Below, piece by piece: positions 45,985 to 64,000 of a stretch of DNA of 64,000 nucleotides (the first letter of the stretch is position 1; every line of letters begins with the position of its first letter). The notes beneath the pieces were generated by a model that saw nothing but the letters and a program-made list of their open reading frames with translations, had not been told where the DNA came from and made no database searches. This DNA comes from Macrostomum lignano (Eukaryota), in contig NIVC01000886.1 in the NCBI GenBank assembly GCA_002269645.1, positions 124,001 to 188,000 on the forward strand, given 5' to 3'. The translations under genes were made by a program, and so were the position numbers.

Positions 45985-48640
45985 CGCAGGAGAAGAGAGG
46001 TAGACAAGAGAGGAGAGGTAGACAGGAGAGGAGAGGTAGACAGGAGAGGAGAGGTAGACAAGAGAGGAGAGGTAGACAGGAGAGGAGAGGTAAACAGGAG
46101 AAGAGAGGTAGATAGGAGAAGAGAGGTAGACAAGAGAATATAGGTAGGCAGGAGAATATAGGTCGACAAGAGAGGAGAGGTAGACAGGAGAGGAGAGGTA
46201 GACAGGAGAGGAGAGGTAGATGGGAGAAGAGAGGTAGACAGGAGAGGAGAGGTAGACAAGAGAAGAGAGGTAGACAAGAGAAGAGAGGTAGACAGGAGAG
46301 GAGAGGTAGACAAGAGAAGAGAGGTAGACAAAAGAAGAGAGGTAGACAAGAGAAGAGAGGTAGATAGGAGAAGAAAGGTAGACAAGAGAAGAGAGGTAGA
46401 CAAGAGAGGAGAGGTAGACAGGAGAGGAGAGGTAGACAGGAGAGGAGAGGTAGACAAGAGAGGAGAGGTAGACAAGAGAAGAGAGGTAGACAAGAGAAGA
46501 GAGGTAGATAGGAGAAGAGAGGTAGACAAGAGAATATAGGTAGGCAGGAGAATATAGGTCGACAAGAGAGGAGAGGTAGACAGGAGAGGAGAGGTAGACA
46601 GGAGAAGAGAGGTAGATGGGAGAAGAGAGGTAGACAGGAGAGGAGAGGTAGACAAGAGAAGAGAGGTAGACAAAAGAAGAGAGGTAGACAGGAGAGGAGA
46701 GGTAGACAAGAGAAGAGAGGTAGACAAAAGAAGAGAGGTAGACAAGAGAAGAGAGGTAGATAGGAGAAGAAAGGTAGACAAGAGAAGAGAGGTAGACAAG
46801 AGAGGAGAGGTAGACAGGAGAAGAGAGGTAGACAAGAGAGGAGAGGTAGACAAGAGAAGAGAGGTAGATGAGAGAAGAGAGGTAGACAGGAGAAGAGAGG
46901 TAGATGGGAGAAGAGAGGTAGACAGGAGAGGAGAGGTAGACAGGAGAGGAGAGGTAGACAAGAGAAGAGAGGTAGACAGGAGAGGAGAGGTAGACATGAG
47001 AATATAGGTAGACAGGAGAAGAGAGGTAGACAAGAGAGGAGAGGTAGACAAGAGAAGAGAGGTAGACAAGAGAAGAGAGGTAGACAAGAGAAGAGAGGTA
47101 GATAGGAGAAGAGAGGTAGATAGGAGAAGAGAGGTAGACAAGAAAGGAGAGGTAGACAGGAGAAGAGAGGTAGACAAGAGAGGAGAGGTAGACAAGAGAA
47201 GAGAGGTAGATGAGAGAAGAGAGGTAGACAGGCGAAGAGAGGTAGACAGGAGAGGAGAGGTAGACAGGAGAAGAGAGATAGACAGGAGAGGAGAGGTAGA
47301 CAAGAGAAGAGAGGTAGACAGGAGAAGAGAGGTGGACAGGAGAAGAGAGGTAGATAGGAGAAGAGAGGTGGACAGGAGAAGAGAGGTAGACAAGAGAAGA
47401 GAGGTAGACAGGAGAATATAGGTAGACAAGAGAGGAGAGGTAGACAGGAGAGGAGAGGTAGATGGGAGAAGAGAAGTAGACAAGAGAAGAGAGGTAGACA
47501 AGAGAGGAGAGGTAGACAAGAGAGGAGAGGTAGACAGGAGAAGAAAGGTAGACAGGAGAGGAGAGGTAGACAAGAGAAGAGAGGTAGATGAGAGAAGAGA
47601 GGTAGACAGGAGAAGAGAGGTAGATGGGAGAAGAGAGGTAGACAGGAGAGGAGAGGTAGACAGGAGAAGAGAGGTAGACAGGAGAGGAGAGGTAGACAAG
47701 AGAAGAGAGGTAGACAAGAGAGGAGAGGTAGACAGGAGAGGAGAGGTAGACAAGAGAGGAGAGGTAGACAAGAGAAGAGAGGTAGATGAGAGAAGAGAGG
47801 TAGACAGGAGAAGAGAGGTAGATGGGAGAAGAGAGGTAGACAGGAGAAGAGAGGTAGACAGGAGAGGAGAGGTAGACAAGAGAAAAGAGGTAGACAGGAG
47901 AGGTGAGGTGAGGTAGACAAGAGAATATAGGTAGACAGGAGAAGAGAGGTAGACAAGAGAGGAGAGGTAGACAAGAGAAGAGAGGTAGACAAGAGAAGAG
48001 AGGTAGACAAGAGAAGAGAGGTAGATAGGAGAAGAGAGGTAGACAGGAGAAGAGAGGTAGACAAGAGAGGAGAGGTAGACAAGAGAGGAGAGGTAGACAA
48101 GAGAAGAGAGGTAGATGAGAGAAGAGAGGTAGACAGGAGAAGAGAGGTAGATGGGAGAAGAGAGGTAGACAGGAGAAGAGAGGTAGACAGGAGAGGAGAG
48201 GTAGACAAGAGAAAAGAGGTAGACAGGAGAGGTGAGGTGAGGTAGACAAGAGAATATAGGTAGACAGGAGAAGAGAGGTAGACAAGAGAGGAGAGGTAGA
48301 CAAGAGAAGAGAGGTAGACAAGAGAAGAGAGGTAGACAAGAGAAGAGAGGTAGATAGGAGAAGAGAGGTAGACAGGAGAAGAGAGGTAGATAAGAGAGGA
48401 GAGGTAGACAGGAGAAGAGAGGTAGACAAGAGAGGAGAGGTAGACAAGAGAAGAGAGGTAGATAGGAGAAGAGAGGTAGACAGGAGAGGAGAGGTAGACA
48501 AGAGATGAGAGGTAGACAGGAGAAGAGAGGTAGACAAGAGATGAGAGGTAGACAGGAGAGGAGAGGTAGACAAGAGATGAGAGGTAGACAGGAGAAGAGA
48601 GGTAGACAAGAGATGAGAGGTAGACAGGAGAGGAGAGGTA
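45985..48640. repeat. 18-bp polypurine minisatellite (agaggtagacaagagaag) with higher-order duplications
   Basis: Period 18. Rare variant ggtcgac at 46162 and 46558 (396 bp apart); ggtgaggtgagg at 47902 and 48231. Confidence 0.95.
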
Positions 48641-49144
48641 GATATGTGACACAACAAACCTCATCACACAGCATTTCAATCCAGTTCAACTCGCACGCAC
48701 TTCAATCTCAAACTCGAACTACAAATGCAGCAGCAGCAACTCACGCATGTTTTTCAAGCTATATTCTGGACCCCGGAAGCCTCAGGATTATTAGTATTTA
48801 GACTGGCCATATTGAACTGCAGTCAATGGGGGCCACTGAATGTCAGACCTCATGACTGAGTGAGTTGTGACTGCGGATTGCTGCTAAAAAACCAGAAGTG
48901 CTCAATAAAGCTCGTAGATGAACTCAATTAAACCTCTGCTGGAGTTTGGGGAGAGAGTTAAAATAAACTGCTCACGAGGCATCTCAGGAACTTGGAAATG
49001 ATTGCTTTTTTAGGAGAAATTGGGGGATTTTAAAAGAGAGAAAGAGAGCTGTTTGAAAAGGAGTGGGGCAGAGTTAAGAGAAAGACAAATCAAGTGGGAC
49101 GATAGAGTCTATAAAAAATACAGAGTAAGAAGCCATAGGCCACC

Positions 49145-49815
49145 GTCCCAGATCCTCAGTTGCTGGGCCAGCCTCCCAGATCCTCAGTTGCTGGGCCAGC
49201 CTCCCAGATCCTCAATTGCTGAGCCAGCCTCCCAGATCCTGAGTTGCTCAGCCACCAGCCTCCCAGATCCTCAGTTGCTGGGCCAGCCTCCAGATCCTCA
49301 ATTGCTGGGCCAGCCTCCCAGATCCTCAGTTGCTCAGCCACCAGCCTCCCAGATCCTCAGTTGCTGGGCCAGCCTCCCAGATCCCCAGTTGCTGGGCCAG
49401 CCTCCCAGATTCTCAGTTGCTGGGCCAGCCTCCCAGATCCTCAGTTGCTCAGCCACCAGCCTCCCAGATCCTCAGTTGCTGGGCCAGCCTCCAGATCCTC
49501 AATTGCTGGGCCAGCCTCTCAGATCCTCAGTTGCTCAGCCACCAGCCTCCCAGATCCTCAGTTGCTGGGCCAGCCTCCCAGATCCTCAGTTGCTGGGCCA
49601 GCCTCCCAGATCCTCAGTTGCTCAGCCACTAGCCTCCCAGATCCTCAGTTGCTGGGCCAGCCTCCAGATCCTCAATTGCTGGGCCAGCCTCCCAGATCCT
49701 CAGTTGCTCGGCCACCAGCCTCCAGGATCCTCAGTTGCTCGGCCACCAGCCTCCAGGATCCTCAGTTGCTGGGCCAGCCTCCAGGATCCTCAGTTGCTGG
49801 GCCACCTGCCTCCCA
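49145..49815. repeat. 28-bp minisatellite (cagcctcccagatcctcagttgctgggc) with longer variants
   Basis: cccagatcc at 49147 and 49175. Confidence 0.93.
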
Positions 49816-50559
49816 GACCCTCGCGTGTCTAAAGGTCACTCTTTTAAGGACCTTCAAACGAGCATTGATTGCTTTTTCATTTAATGTTTACACAATAAAT
49901 TTCCTTAACCACAAACCCAATTCTAATTTTGCCAGAAAGCAGTTTTCAATCTCAGGCATCACTGAAAGCCCAATTAACAATTCCTCGCTTTTAGAGGCCT
50001 TCCAGAAAAAAAACACTGGATTTTCTAGTAGCCATCTTCAGTGCTCTTCTCTGCTTTTCCTCCTAGCTGTCCGACAGAAGACTGATGAAGAGCCGAATGC
50101 TTGTTGAACGCTTGGCATACCGAAAATTTCTCATTTTTTCGTAATGAACAGCCAAGACTGCTGGCATAGTTAGTGGCTATTAAGTAAACATCTGGGAATT
50201 TCTCCCAAAATCAGATCGATGCAGACTCGTGCTCCAGTCGATGATCAAACTGCTCTTAGTATTTTTGGCACACAGAGCAACTGCATCTATGCATCCTATA
50301 GCATGCACTTAATAGTGTGTGGTGTGCGGTGTGTGCTTTCACTCTGGGGTCGGTCTTTTCATTCTGCAGACTCTTTAATTGATCTACGAGTACACTCTGA
50401 CAAGAATCTTTTCCTGTCACTCTGCATCTTATTTCATCACTCTGTATTCTCTTTATTCACTCGGAATCATCTTTTGTCACTCAGCGACCCCCTGTTTCAC
50501 ACACTACCGTAAATTGTCTTGTAACTCTCCAGCCTCTCAAGTCTCTCGTTCTATTCTTT

Positions 50560-52855
50560 CTGGTCACTCCCATTCTTACTGGTCACTCTCAATTCTCTCT
50601 GGTCACTCTCAATTCTCTCTGGTCACTCTCTATTCTTTCTGGTCACTCTCCATTCTTTCTGGTCACTATCAATTCTCTCTGGTCACTCTCTATTCTCTCT
50701 GGTCACTCTCTATTCTTTCTGGTCACTCTCCATTCTTTCTGGTCACTCTCAATTCTCTCTGGTCACTCTCTATTCTTTCTGGTCACTCTCCATTCTTTCT
50801 GGTCACTCTCCATTCTCTCTGGTCCCTCTCAATTCTCTCTGGTCACTCTCAATTCTCTCTGGTCACTCTCTATTCTTTCTGGTCACTCTCCATTCTTTCT
50901 GGTCGCTCTCAATTCTCTCTGGTCACTCTCTATTCTCTCTGGTCACTCTCTATTCTTTCTGGTCACTCTCAATTCTCTCTGGTCACTCTCTATTCTCTCT
51001 GGTCACTCTCTATTCTTTCGGGTCACTCTCCATTCTTTCTGGTCACTCTCTATTCTCTCTGGTCACTCTCTATTCTCTCTGGTCACTCTCTATTCTCTCT
51101 GGTCACTCTCTATTCTCTCTGGTCACTCTCCATTCTTTCTGGTCACTCTCTATTCTTTCTGGTCACTCTCCATTCTTTCTGGTCACTCTCAATTCTCTCT
51201 GGTCACTCTCTATTCTCTCTGGTCACTCTCTATTCTTTCTGGTCACTCTCCATTCTTTCTGGTCACTCTCAATTCTCTCTGGTCACTCTCTATTCTTTCT
51301 GGTCACTCTCCATTCTTTCTGGTCACTCTCCATTCTCTCTGGTCACTCTCAATTCTCTCTGGTCACTCTCAATTCTCTCTAGTCACTCTCTATTCTTTCT
51401 GGTCACTCTCCATTCTTTCTGGTCGCTCTCAATTCTCTCTGGTCACTCTCTATTCTCTCTGGTCACTCTCTATTCTTTCTGGTCACTCTCAATTCTCTCT
51501 GGTCACTCTCTATTCTCTCTGGTCACTCTCTATTCTTTCGGGTCACTCTCCATTCTTTCTGGTCACTCTCTATTCTCTCTGGTCACTCTCTATTCTCTCT
51601 GGTCACTCTCTATTCTCTCTGGTCACTCTCTATTCTCTCTGGTCACTCTCAATTCTTTCTGGTCACTCTCTATTCTTTCTGGTCACTCTCTATTCTCTCT
51701 GGTCACTCGCTATTCTTTTTGGTCACTCTCCATTCTCTCTGGTCACTCGCTATTCTTTCTGGTCACTCTCCATTCTCTCTGGTCACTCTCTATTCTCTCT
51801 GGTCACTCTATTCTTTCTGGTCACTCTCCATTCTTTCTGGTCACTCTCAATTCTCTCTGGTCACTCTCTATTCTCTCTGGTCACTCTCTATTCTTTCTGG
51901 TCACTCTCCATTCTCTCTGGTCACTCTCTATTCTCTCTAGTCACTCTCTATTCTTTCTGGTCACTCTCCATTCTTTCTGGTCACTCTCTATTCTCTCTGG
52001 TCACTCTCTATTCTCTCTGGTCACTCGCTATTCTTTCTGGTCACTCTCTATTCTCTCTGGTCACTCTCTATTCTTTCTGGTCACTCTCTATTCTCTCTGG
52101 TCACTCGCTATTCTTTCTGGTCACTCTCCATTCTTTCTGGTCACTCTCTATTCTCTCTGGTCACTCTCTATTCTTTCTGGTCACTCTCCATTCTTTCTGG
52201 TCACTCTCAATTCTCTCTGGTCACTCTCTATTCTCTCTGGTCACTCTCTATTCTTTCTGGTCACTCTCTATTCTCTCTGGTCACTCTCTATTCTCTCTGT
52301 TCACTCTCTATTCTCTCTAGTCACTCTCTATTCTCTCTGGTCACTCTCTATTCTCTCTAGTCACTCTCTATTCTCTCTAGTCACTCTCTATTCTCTCTAG
52401 TCACTCTCTATTCTCTCTAGTCACTCTCTATTCTCTCTGGTCACTCTCTATTCTCTCTGGTCACTCTCTATTCTCTCTGGTCACTCTCTATTCTCTCTGT
52501 TCACTCTCTATTCTCTCTAGTCACTCTCTATTCTCTCTGGTCACTCTCTATTCTCTCTAGTCACTCTCTATTCTCTCTAGTCACTCTCTATTCTCTCTAG
52601 TCACTCTCTATTCTCTCTAGTCACTCTCTATTCTCTCTGGTCACTCTCTATTCTCTCTGGTCACTCTCTATTCTCTCTGGTCACTCTCTATTCTCTCTAG
52701 TCACTCTCTATCCTCTCTAGTCACTCTCCATTATTTCTGGTCACTCTCAATTCTCTCTGATCACTCTCTTTTCTCTCTAGTCACTCTCTATCCTCTCTAG
52801 TCACTCTTTATCCTCTCTAGTCACTCTCTATTCTCTCTAGTCACTCTCTATTCTC
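50560..52855. repeat. 20-bp pyrimidine-rich minisatellite (ggtcactctctattctctct)
   Basis: Direct reading; ends about 50 nt before the acceptor at 52908-52909. Confidence 0.96.
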
Positions 52856-52909
52856 AACCCAATTGCTCAAAATCTGTCATTTGTCTTTCCGCTCCCCCCC
52901 CCCCAACAG

Positions 52910-57186
<4,277 letters not shown>

Positions 57187-57187
57187 G

Positions 57188-57740
57188 GATGGGATTAGAT
57201 TGGATTTGATGGGATGGGATGAGATGGGATGGGGTGAGATGGGATAAAATGGGATAAGATAGGATGGGATGAGATGGGATGGGGTGAGATGGGGTGGGAT
57301 GGGATAAGATGGGATGGGGTGAGATGGGATGAATTGGGATGAGATGAGATGGGGTGAGATGGGATGAAATAGGATGAGATGGGATCAGATGGGATCGGAT
57401 GGGATGGGATGGGATGGGATGGGATGGGATGGGATGAGAGGGGATGGGATGGGATGGGATGAAATGGGATGAGATGGGATGGGATGGGATGGGATGGGAT
57501 AAAATGGGATGAGATGGGATGGGATAGGATGAGATGGGATGGGATGGGATAAAATGGGATAAAATGGGATGAGATGGGATGGGATAGGATGAGATGGGAT
57601 GAAATGGGATGGGATGGGATCGGATGGGATGCGATGGGATGGGGTGAGATGGGATGGGATGCGATGGGATGGGATGAAATGGGATGAGATGGGATGGGAT
57701 GGGATGGGATCGGATGGGATGCGATGAGATGGGATGAAGA
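57188..57740. repeat. (GGGAT)n pentanucleotide repeat
   Basis: Direct reading. Confidence 0.95.
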
Positions 57741-58574
57741 TAGAATGAATTTGGCATACATTCGTGCATGGCTAAATTTCTTATCATCTTTGCATTATTT
57801 TCTAGCGTATTTTCCGTCCGATTTTCTTCTATTTCTACTGGCAGTAGACGAACCGGTAATCAGTGTTATAATTATCGAAATTTAACTAAAACGAAATCAT
57901 CCAATTTAATTAAGAAAACCCAGACGGAGAGTTATATTATACGCTGTGTAACTCTCTCATCCCAGATCCTCATGAGTCCCAGACCGGGATATTGCATTTT
58001 TCTGGGAATATTCATCTACCTTCGGGCAAGGGGGAAGAAAGTTGAGCAAAGGCAGCGTGGCGAATGAGAGAGGAGTTTTTAGGAAAAATTCCTAGTGAAT
58101 TGCAGGAAAACTGGCATCGATGCAAATCAAAGGAGCTGGCGCTCTGAATAGGGAGAAGGGAGATGAGGATAGATATTTTTATGCCCCAGTCTTAGGCCTT
58201 ATATTTTGAATATTAATATACAGTAGAGCCGGTGAATTCTCTGTTAATTAGAGACATTTGCCCGCGAATTTCGCTTGAGGCTGCCGACTTTGGAGATCTA
58301 ATTTTATAGATAAGATGGGGGCGCTTTGATTCTGGTACTGCTTCATCCTGATTATTTCTGCTTAAAATGCACAAAGCGATATTATTATAGCAGTTTGGGA
58401 AGAGTTAATGAGAGAGTTGCAGGGCAGATGGACAGATGCGAGCAAGTAGAAGGGTAGATGGAGAGATAGAGAGAAGTAGAGATGTAGTGGGTAGAGAAGT
58501 AAAGAAGTGATGGATGAGATATAAAACAATTGGTAGATACGAAAGATTATAAAGGAAGAAAGTTGGGTGAAAGA

Positions 58575-61500
58575 TAGAGATGGAAAGGCTGAGAGGAGAG
58601 AGTGAGATGGAGAGAGAGGCTGAGAGGGAGAGAGTGAGATGGAGAGAGAGGCTGAGGAGGAGAGAGTGAGATGGAGAGAGAGAGGCTGAGAGGGAGAGGG
58701 TGAGATGGAGAGAGAGGCTGAGGAGGAGAGAGTGAGATGGAGAGAGAGGCTGAGAGGGAGAGAGTGAGATGGAGAGAGAGGCTGAGGAGGAGAGAGTGAG
58801 ATGGAGAGAGAGGCTGAGAGGGAGAGAGTGAGATGGAGAGAGAGGCTGAGAGGGAGAGAGTGAGATGGAGAGAGAGGCTGAGAGGGAGAGAGTGAGATGG
58901 AGAGAGAGGCTGAGGAGGAGAGAGTGAGATGGAGAGAGAGGCTGAGGAGGAGAGAGTGAGATGGAGAGAGAGGCTGAGAGGGAGAGAGTGAGATGGAGAG
59001 AGAGGCTGAGGAGGAGAGAGTGAGATGGAGAGAGAGGCTGAGAGGGAGAGAGTGAGATGGAGAGAGAGGCTGAGGAGGAGAGAGTGAGATGGAGAGAGAG
59101 GCTGAGAGGGAGAGAGTGAGATGGAGAGAGAGGCTGAGGAGGAGAGAGTGAGATGGAGAGAGAGGCTGAGAGGGAGAGAGAGAGATGGAGAGAGAGGCTG
59201 AGAGGGAGAGAGTGAGATGGAGAGAGAGGCTGAGAGGGAGAGAGTGAGATGGAGAGAGAGGCTGAGAGGGAGAGAGTGAGATGGAGAGAGAGGCTGAGAG
59301 GGAGAGAGTGAGATGGAGAGAGAGGCTGAGAGGGAGAGAGTGAGATGGAGAGAGAGGCTGAGGAGGAGAGAGTGAGATGGAGAGAGAGGCTGAGAGGGAG
59401 AGAGTGAGATGGAGAGAGAGGCTGAGGAGGAGAGAGTGAGATGGAGAGAGAGGCTGAGAGGGAGAGAGTGAGATGGAGAGAGAGGCTGAGAGGGAGAGAG
59501 TGAGATGGAGAGAGAGGCTGAGAGGGAGAGAGAGAGATGGAGAGAGAGGCTGAGAGGGAGAGAGTGAGATGGAGAGAGAGGCTGAGAGGGAGAGAGTGAG
59601 ATGGAGAGAGAGGCTGAGGAGGAGAGAGTGAGATGGAGAGAGAGGCTGAGGAGGAGAGAGTGAGATGGAGAGAGGCTGAGAGGGAGAGAGTGAGATGGAG
59701 AGAGAGGCTGAGGAGGAGAGAGTGAGATGGAGAGAGAGGCTGAGAGGGAGAGAGTGAGATGGAGAGAGAGGCTGAGAGGGAGAGAGTGAGATGGAGAGAG
59801 AGGCTGAGGAGGAGAGAGTGAGATGGAGAGAGAGGCTGAGGAGGAGAGAGTGAGATGGAGAGAGGCTGAGAGGGAGAGAGTGAGATGGAGAGAGAGGCTG
59901 AGAGGGAGAGAGTGAGATGGAGAGAGAGGCTGAGAGGGAGAGAGTGAGATGGAGAGAGAGGCTGAGGAGGAGAGAGTGAGATGGAGAGAGAGGCTGAGGA
60001 GGAGAGAGTGAGATGGAGAGAGGCTGAGAGGGAGAGAGTGAGATGGAGAGAGAGGCTGAGAGGGAGAGAGTGAGATGGAGAGAGAGGCTGAGAGGGAGAG
60101 AGTGAGATGGAGAGAGAGGCTGAGGAGGAGAGAGTGAGATGGAGAGAGAGGCTGAGAGGGAGAGAGTGAGATGGAGAGAGAGGCTGAGGAGGAGAGAGTG
60201 AGATGGAGAGAGAGGCTGAGAGGGAGAGAGTGAGATGGAGAGAGAGGCTGAGGAGGAGAGAGTGAGATGGAGAGAGAGGCTGAGAGGGAGAGAGTGAGAT
60301 GGAGAGAGAGGCTGAGGAGGAGAGAGTGAGATGGAGAGAGAGGCTGAGAGGGAGAGAGAGAGATGGAGAGAGAGGCTGAGAGGGAGAGAGTGAGATGGAG
60401 AGAGAGGCTGAGAGGGAGAGAGTGAGATGGAGAGAGAGGCTGAGGAGGAGAGAGTGAGATGGAGAGAGAGGCTGAGGAGGAGAGAGTGAGATGGAGAGAG
60501 GCTGAGAGGGAGAGAGTGAGATGGAGAGAGAGGCTGAGGAGGAGAGAGTGAGATGGAGAGAGAGGCTGAGAGGGAGAGAGTGAGATGGAGAGAGAGGCTG
60601 AGGAGGAGAGAGTGAGATGGAGAGAGAGGCTGAGGAGGAGAGAGTGAGATGGAGAGAGGCTGAGAGGGAGAGAGTGAGATGGAGAGAGAGGCTGAGGAGG
60701 AGAGAGTGAGATGGAGAGAGAGGCTGAGAGGGAGAGAGTGAGATGGAGAGAGAGGCTGAGGAGGAGAGAGTGAGATGGAGAGAGAGGCTGAGGAGGAGAG
60801 AGTGAGATGGAGAGAGGCTGAGAGGGAGAGAGTGAGATGGAGAGAGAGGCTGAGAGGGAGAGAGTGAGATGGAGAGAGAGGCTGAGGAGGAGAGAGTGAG
60901 ATGGAGAGAGAGGCTGAGAGGGAGAGAGTGAGATGGAGAGAGAGGCTGAGGAGGAGAGAGTGAGATGGAGAGAGAGGCTGAGAGGGAGAGAGTGAGATGG
61001 AGAGAGAGGCTGAGAGGGAGAGAGTGAGATGGAGAGAGAGGCTGAGAGGGAGAGAGTGAGATGGAGAGAGAGGCTGAGGAGGAGAGAGTGAGATGGAGAG
61101 AGAGGCTGAGAGGGAGAGAGTGAGATGGAGAGAGAGGCTGAGAGGGAGAGAGTGAGATGGAGAGAGAGGCTGAGAGGAGAGAGTGAGATGGAGAGAGAGG
61201 CTGAGGAGGAGAGAGTGAGATGGAGAGAGAGGCTGAGGAGGAGAGAGTGAGATGGAGAGAGGCTGAGAGGGAGAGAGTGAGATGGAGAGAGAGGCTGAGG
61301 AGGAGAGAGTGAGATGGAGAGAGAGGCTGAGAGGGAGAGAGTGAGATGGAGAGAGAGGCTGAGAGGGAGAGAGTGAGATGGAGAGAGAGGCTGAGAGGGA
61401 GAGAGTGAGATGGAGAGAGAGGCTGAGGAGGAGAGAGTGAGATGGAGGGAGAGGCTGAGAGGGAGAGAGTGAGATGGAGAGAGAGGCTGAGAGGGAGAGA

Positions 61501-61875
61501 GTGAGATGGAGAGAGAGGCTGAGAGGGAGAGAGTGAGATGGAGAGAGAGGCTGAGAGGGAGAGAGTGAGATGGAGAGAGAGGCTGAGGAGGAGAGAGTGA
61601 GATGGAGAGAGAGGCTGAGAGGGAGAGAGTGAGATGGAGAGAGAGGCTGAGAGGGAGAGAGTGAGATGGAGAGAGAGGCTGAGAGGGAGAGAGTGAGATG
61701 GAGAGAGAGGCTGAGAGGGAGAGAGTGAGATGGAGAGAGAGGCTGAGAGGGAGAGAGTGAGATGGAGAGAGAGGCTGAGAGGGAGAGAGTGAAATTAAGG
61801 GAGAGGCTGAGGAGGAGAGAGTGAGATGGAGAGAGAGGCTGAGAGGGAGAGAGTGAAACTAAGGGAGAGGCTGAG
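58575..61875. repeat. 32-bp polypurine minisatellite (gagagtgagatggagagagaggctgagaggga), about 100 copies
   Basis: tgagatgg at 59341 and 59373, continuing. Confidence 0.96.
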
Positions 61876-62519
61876 AGAGAAAATGTGAGAGATAAAGATA
61901 AAAATTGCTCAGATAAAGCGGTTTCGCAATTCTGGCTGATCAATACACGGTACAACTAAATAGAAATAAAGAGAAGCTTGATCGGATATAAGAATAATAT
62001 TCTACACTAAACTCATAGCCACAGGCGCAATCTACATTCGTTAGCTCGTGATGCAAAGGAGGTTTTATTATTTGTGTAATAAATCAACGCTCGAGCTGTC
62101 CAACCGGCCCCGCCACTCACCCACGAACTTTCTTTGTGCTCCAACTCGAGTGGAGGCTTCACAATCGCCTCCTCAAGCAACCCTGGCCAAATTGTATAAG
62201 GCAACTAGGATCCCCCATAACCTGGCATAGCAACCGACTCGTCTGCATCATCTGCATGCTTCGCTGCATGCCCGCCAGCCCAGCAAAAGTGCACCGACAG
62301 GAGGCAGAGACTTGAGCAAATTTCAGTTATGCGATAGGTTTTGGATTAGTTGCTAGAGTAGCGGCTTGGCCTGACCGGCTGGGCAAACAGTTTGCGGATT
62401 CTGGGATTTTCTCCCCGATCTGGGGACTGAAAATTACGGCTGGGGTTGTTCGGGGGAAACTTTTTTATCCGACACTCAGTCGGTGCAGTCGCTCAGTTGA
62501 TCAGCTGATCATTTCGTTC

Positions 62520-63260
62520 CTCAGTCACTCAGTCAGTCATCAGTCAGTCAGTTAGTCACTCAGTTAGTCATTCACTGATTCACTCAGTCAGTCACTAATT
62601 CACTGATTCAGTCAGTCAGTCACTCATTCACTGATTCAGTCAGTCACTCATTCATTGATTCACTTAGTCAGTCACTCAGTAACTCAATCACTCAGTCCCT
62701 CAGTCAATCAGTCACTCAGTAACTCAGTCGCTCAGTCACTCAGTCACTCAATCACTCAGTCACTCAATCACTCAGTCACTCAATCACTCAGTCACTCAAT
62801 CACTCAGTCACTCAATCACTCAGTAACTCAGTAACTCAGTCACTCAATCACTCAGTCACTCAGTCACTCAATCACTCAGTCACTCAATCACTCAGTCACT
62901 CAATCACTCAGTCACTCAATCACTCAGTAACTCAGTCACTCAGTCACTCAATCACTCAGTCACTCAGTCACTCAATCACTCAGTCACTCAATCACTCAGT
63001 CACTCAATCACTCAGTCACTCAATCACTCAGTAACTCAGTCACTCAGTCACTCAATCACTCAGTCACTCAGTCACTCAGTCACTCAGTCACTCAGTCACT
63101 CAGTCACTCAGTCACCCAGTAGTCACTCAGTCAATCAGTAACTAAACCACTCAGTCAGTCAACCATTCATTGATTCACTCAGTCAGTCACTAAGTCACCC
63201 AGTAGTCAATCAGTCACTCAATCACGCAGTCACTCAGTCACCCAGTAGTCACACAACCAA
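62520..63260. repeat. 8-bp repeat (cactcagt/cactcaat)
   Basis: Direct reading. Confidence 0.9.
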
Positions 63261-63412
63261 TTAGTCATGTCATTTCTTCGTCACTGCATAATTTAATCAC
63301 TCACTCACTACTGCACAACTAACTAAAATCCCACTAAATCCCGACACACTAGCAGCTGGCATTTTAATCCCTCGCTCAGCTTTCACAACAGAAGCTGAGC
63401 ACCGCAACTCAC

Positions 63413-63637
63413 TGATTGGCTGGCTCAGCACTAGCAGGTCCTCGTGTAGCGCACGTGTCCACTCAGCACCCGGCAACCTCAGCCTCAGCCATCCCTCAGT
63501 CTCCACCTCAGCTCTCCTCCCCTGCCATCCACTCAGCTCCCAGTCGAGCTCCGCGTGCCCACGCACTCCTGCAAGCTCCTCTCTGGTTAAGAAACTCGGC
63601 AGGTCCGCCTTCTTCTCGGCTTGATAATAAGGCTGCT
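63413..63637 (-). CDS. Candidate internal exon of an unidentified minus-strand gene
   Basis: Pyrimidine tract plus cactag acceptor and gtgagt donor; 225 nt, symmetric phase 1, stop-free, ordinary composition (EQPYYQAEKKADLPSFLTREEL...LLVLSQPI). Confidence 0.45.
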
Positions 63638-64000
63638 CTAGTGAGCACAGATCGAGTTGAGAGAGAGAGACAGAGAAAGAAAATAAGGTTACAGCAGCAG
63701 CAACATAAAAAATCGCACCCCAACCTCTCACATCTCCCACTTCATCTAATTAACCGCTCGGCAACTCCAGTCTCCAGAATCTACTGAGTTTTACTTTTTT
63801 ATAAGTTATTATAGCACTATAGTGAGCCGCCAAAGGATCACAGGATAAGGGCGGCTATGCTACCTCAAGGCTAAGTAAACATTTTCAAAGCCGAAATTAA
63901 GAAGAAACCATGTCGCATTCGTGCGCTCAGCGAAATGCAAGAATTCGGTGAGTTTTCCTGGAAATAAAAATTCCAAGTTTGTTCAAAATTGCTAAAATGA

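Overview
Eukaryotic (invertebrate metazoan-like) genomic DNA with GT-AG introns and many tandem repeats. The style is reminiscent of the flatworm Macrostomum, but the species cannot be confirmed from sequence alone. (1) 1-29 kb: a tandem duplication of a spliced gene. The ORF track splits it into separate ankyrin and Mab-21 ORFs, but phase-matched GT-AG junctions join them into one protein: Cys-rich ankyrin-like repeats, canonical ankyrins, a cGAS-like (Mab-21/cGLR) nucleotidyltransferase and a TPR-like tail. Copy 2 (20616-25274) is intact, about 1106 aa. Copy 1 (1835-6901) carries one in-frame TAG. The paralogues are nearly identical in the core but differ strongly in the N-terminal repeats and in three in-frame patches. 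Around them lie a degenerate RTE LINE, SINEs, PHD/PWWP-like and DUF4806-like relics, and minisatellites, two of which trace to motifs that are single-copy in a paralogous segment. (2) About 29.9-40.6 kb: an apparently full-length Helitron with a 9-exon, 1776-aa STPR-OTU-Zn-Rep-Pif1 gene, one non-canonical splice donor, and direct-repeat blocks flanking the gene. (3) 41-64 kb: mostly micro/minisatellite arrays, interleaved with phase-0 exons of an unidentified coiled-coil gene and one candidate minus-strand exon. All exon models were derived by hand and need RNA confirmation.
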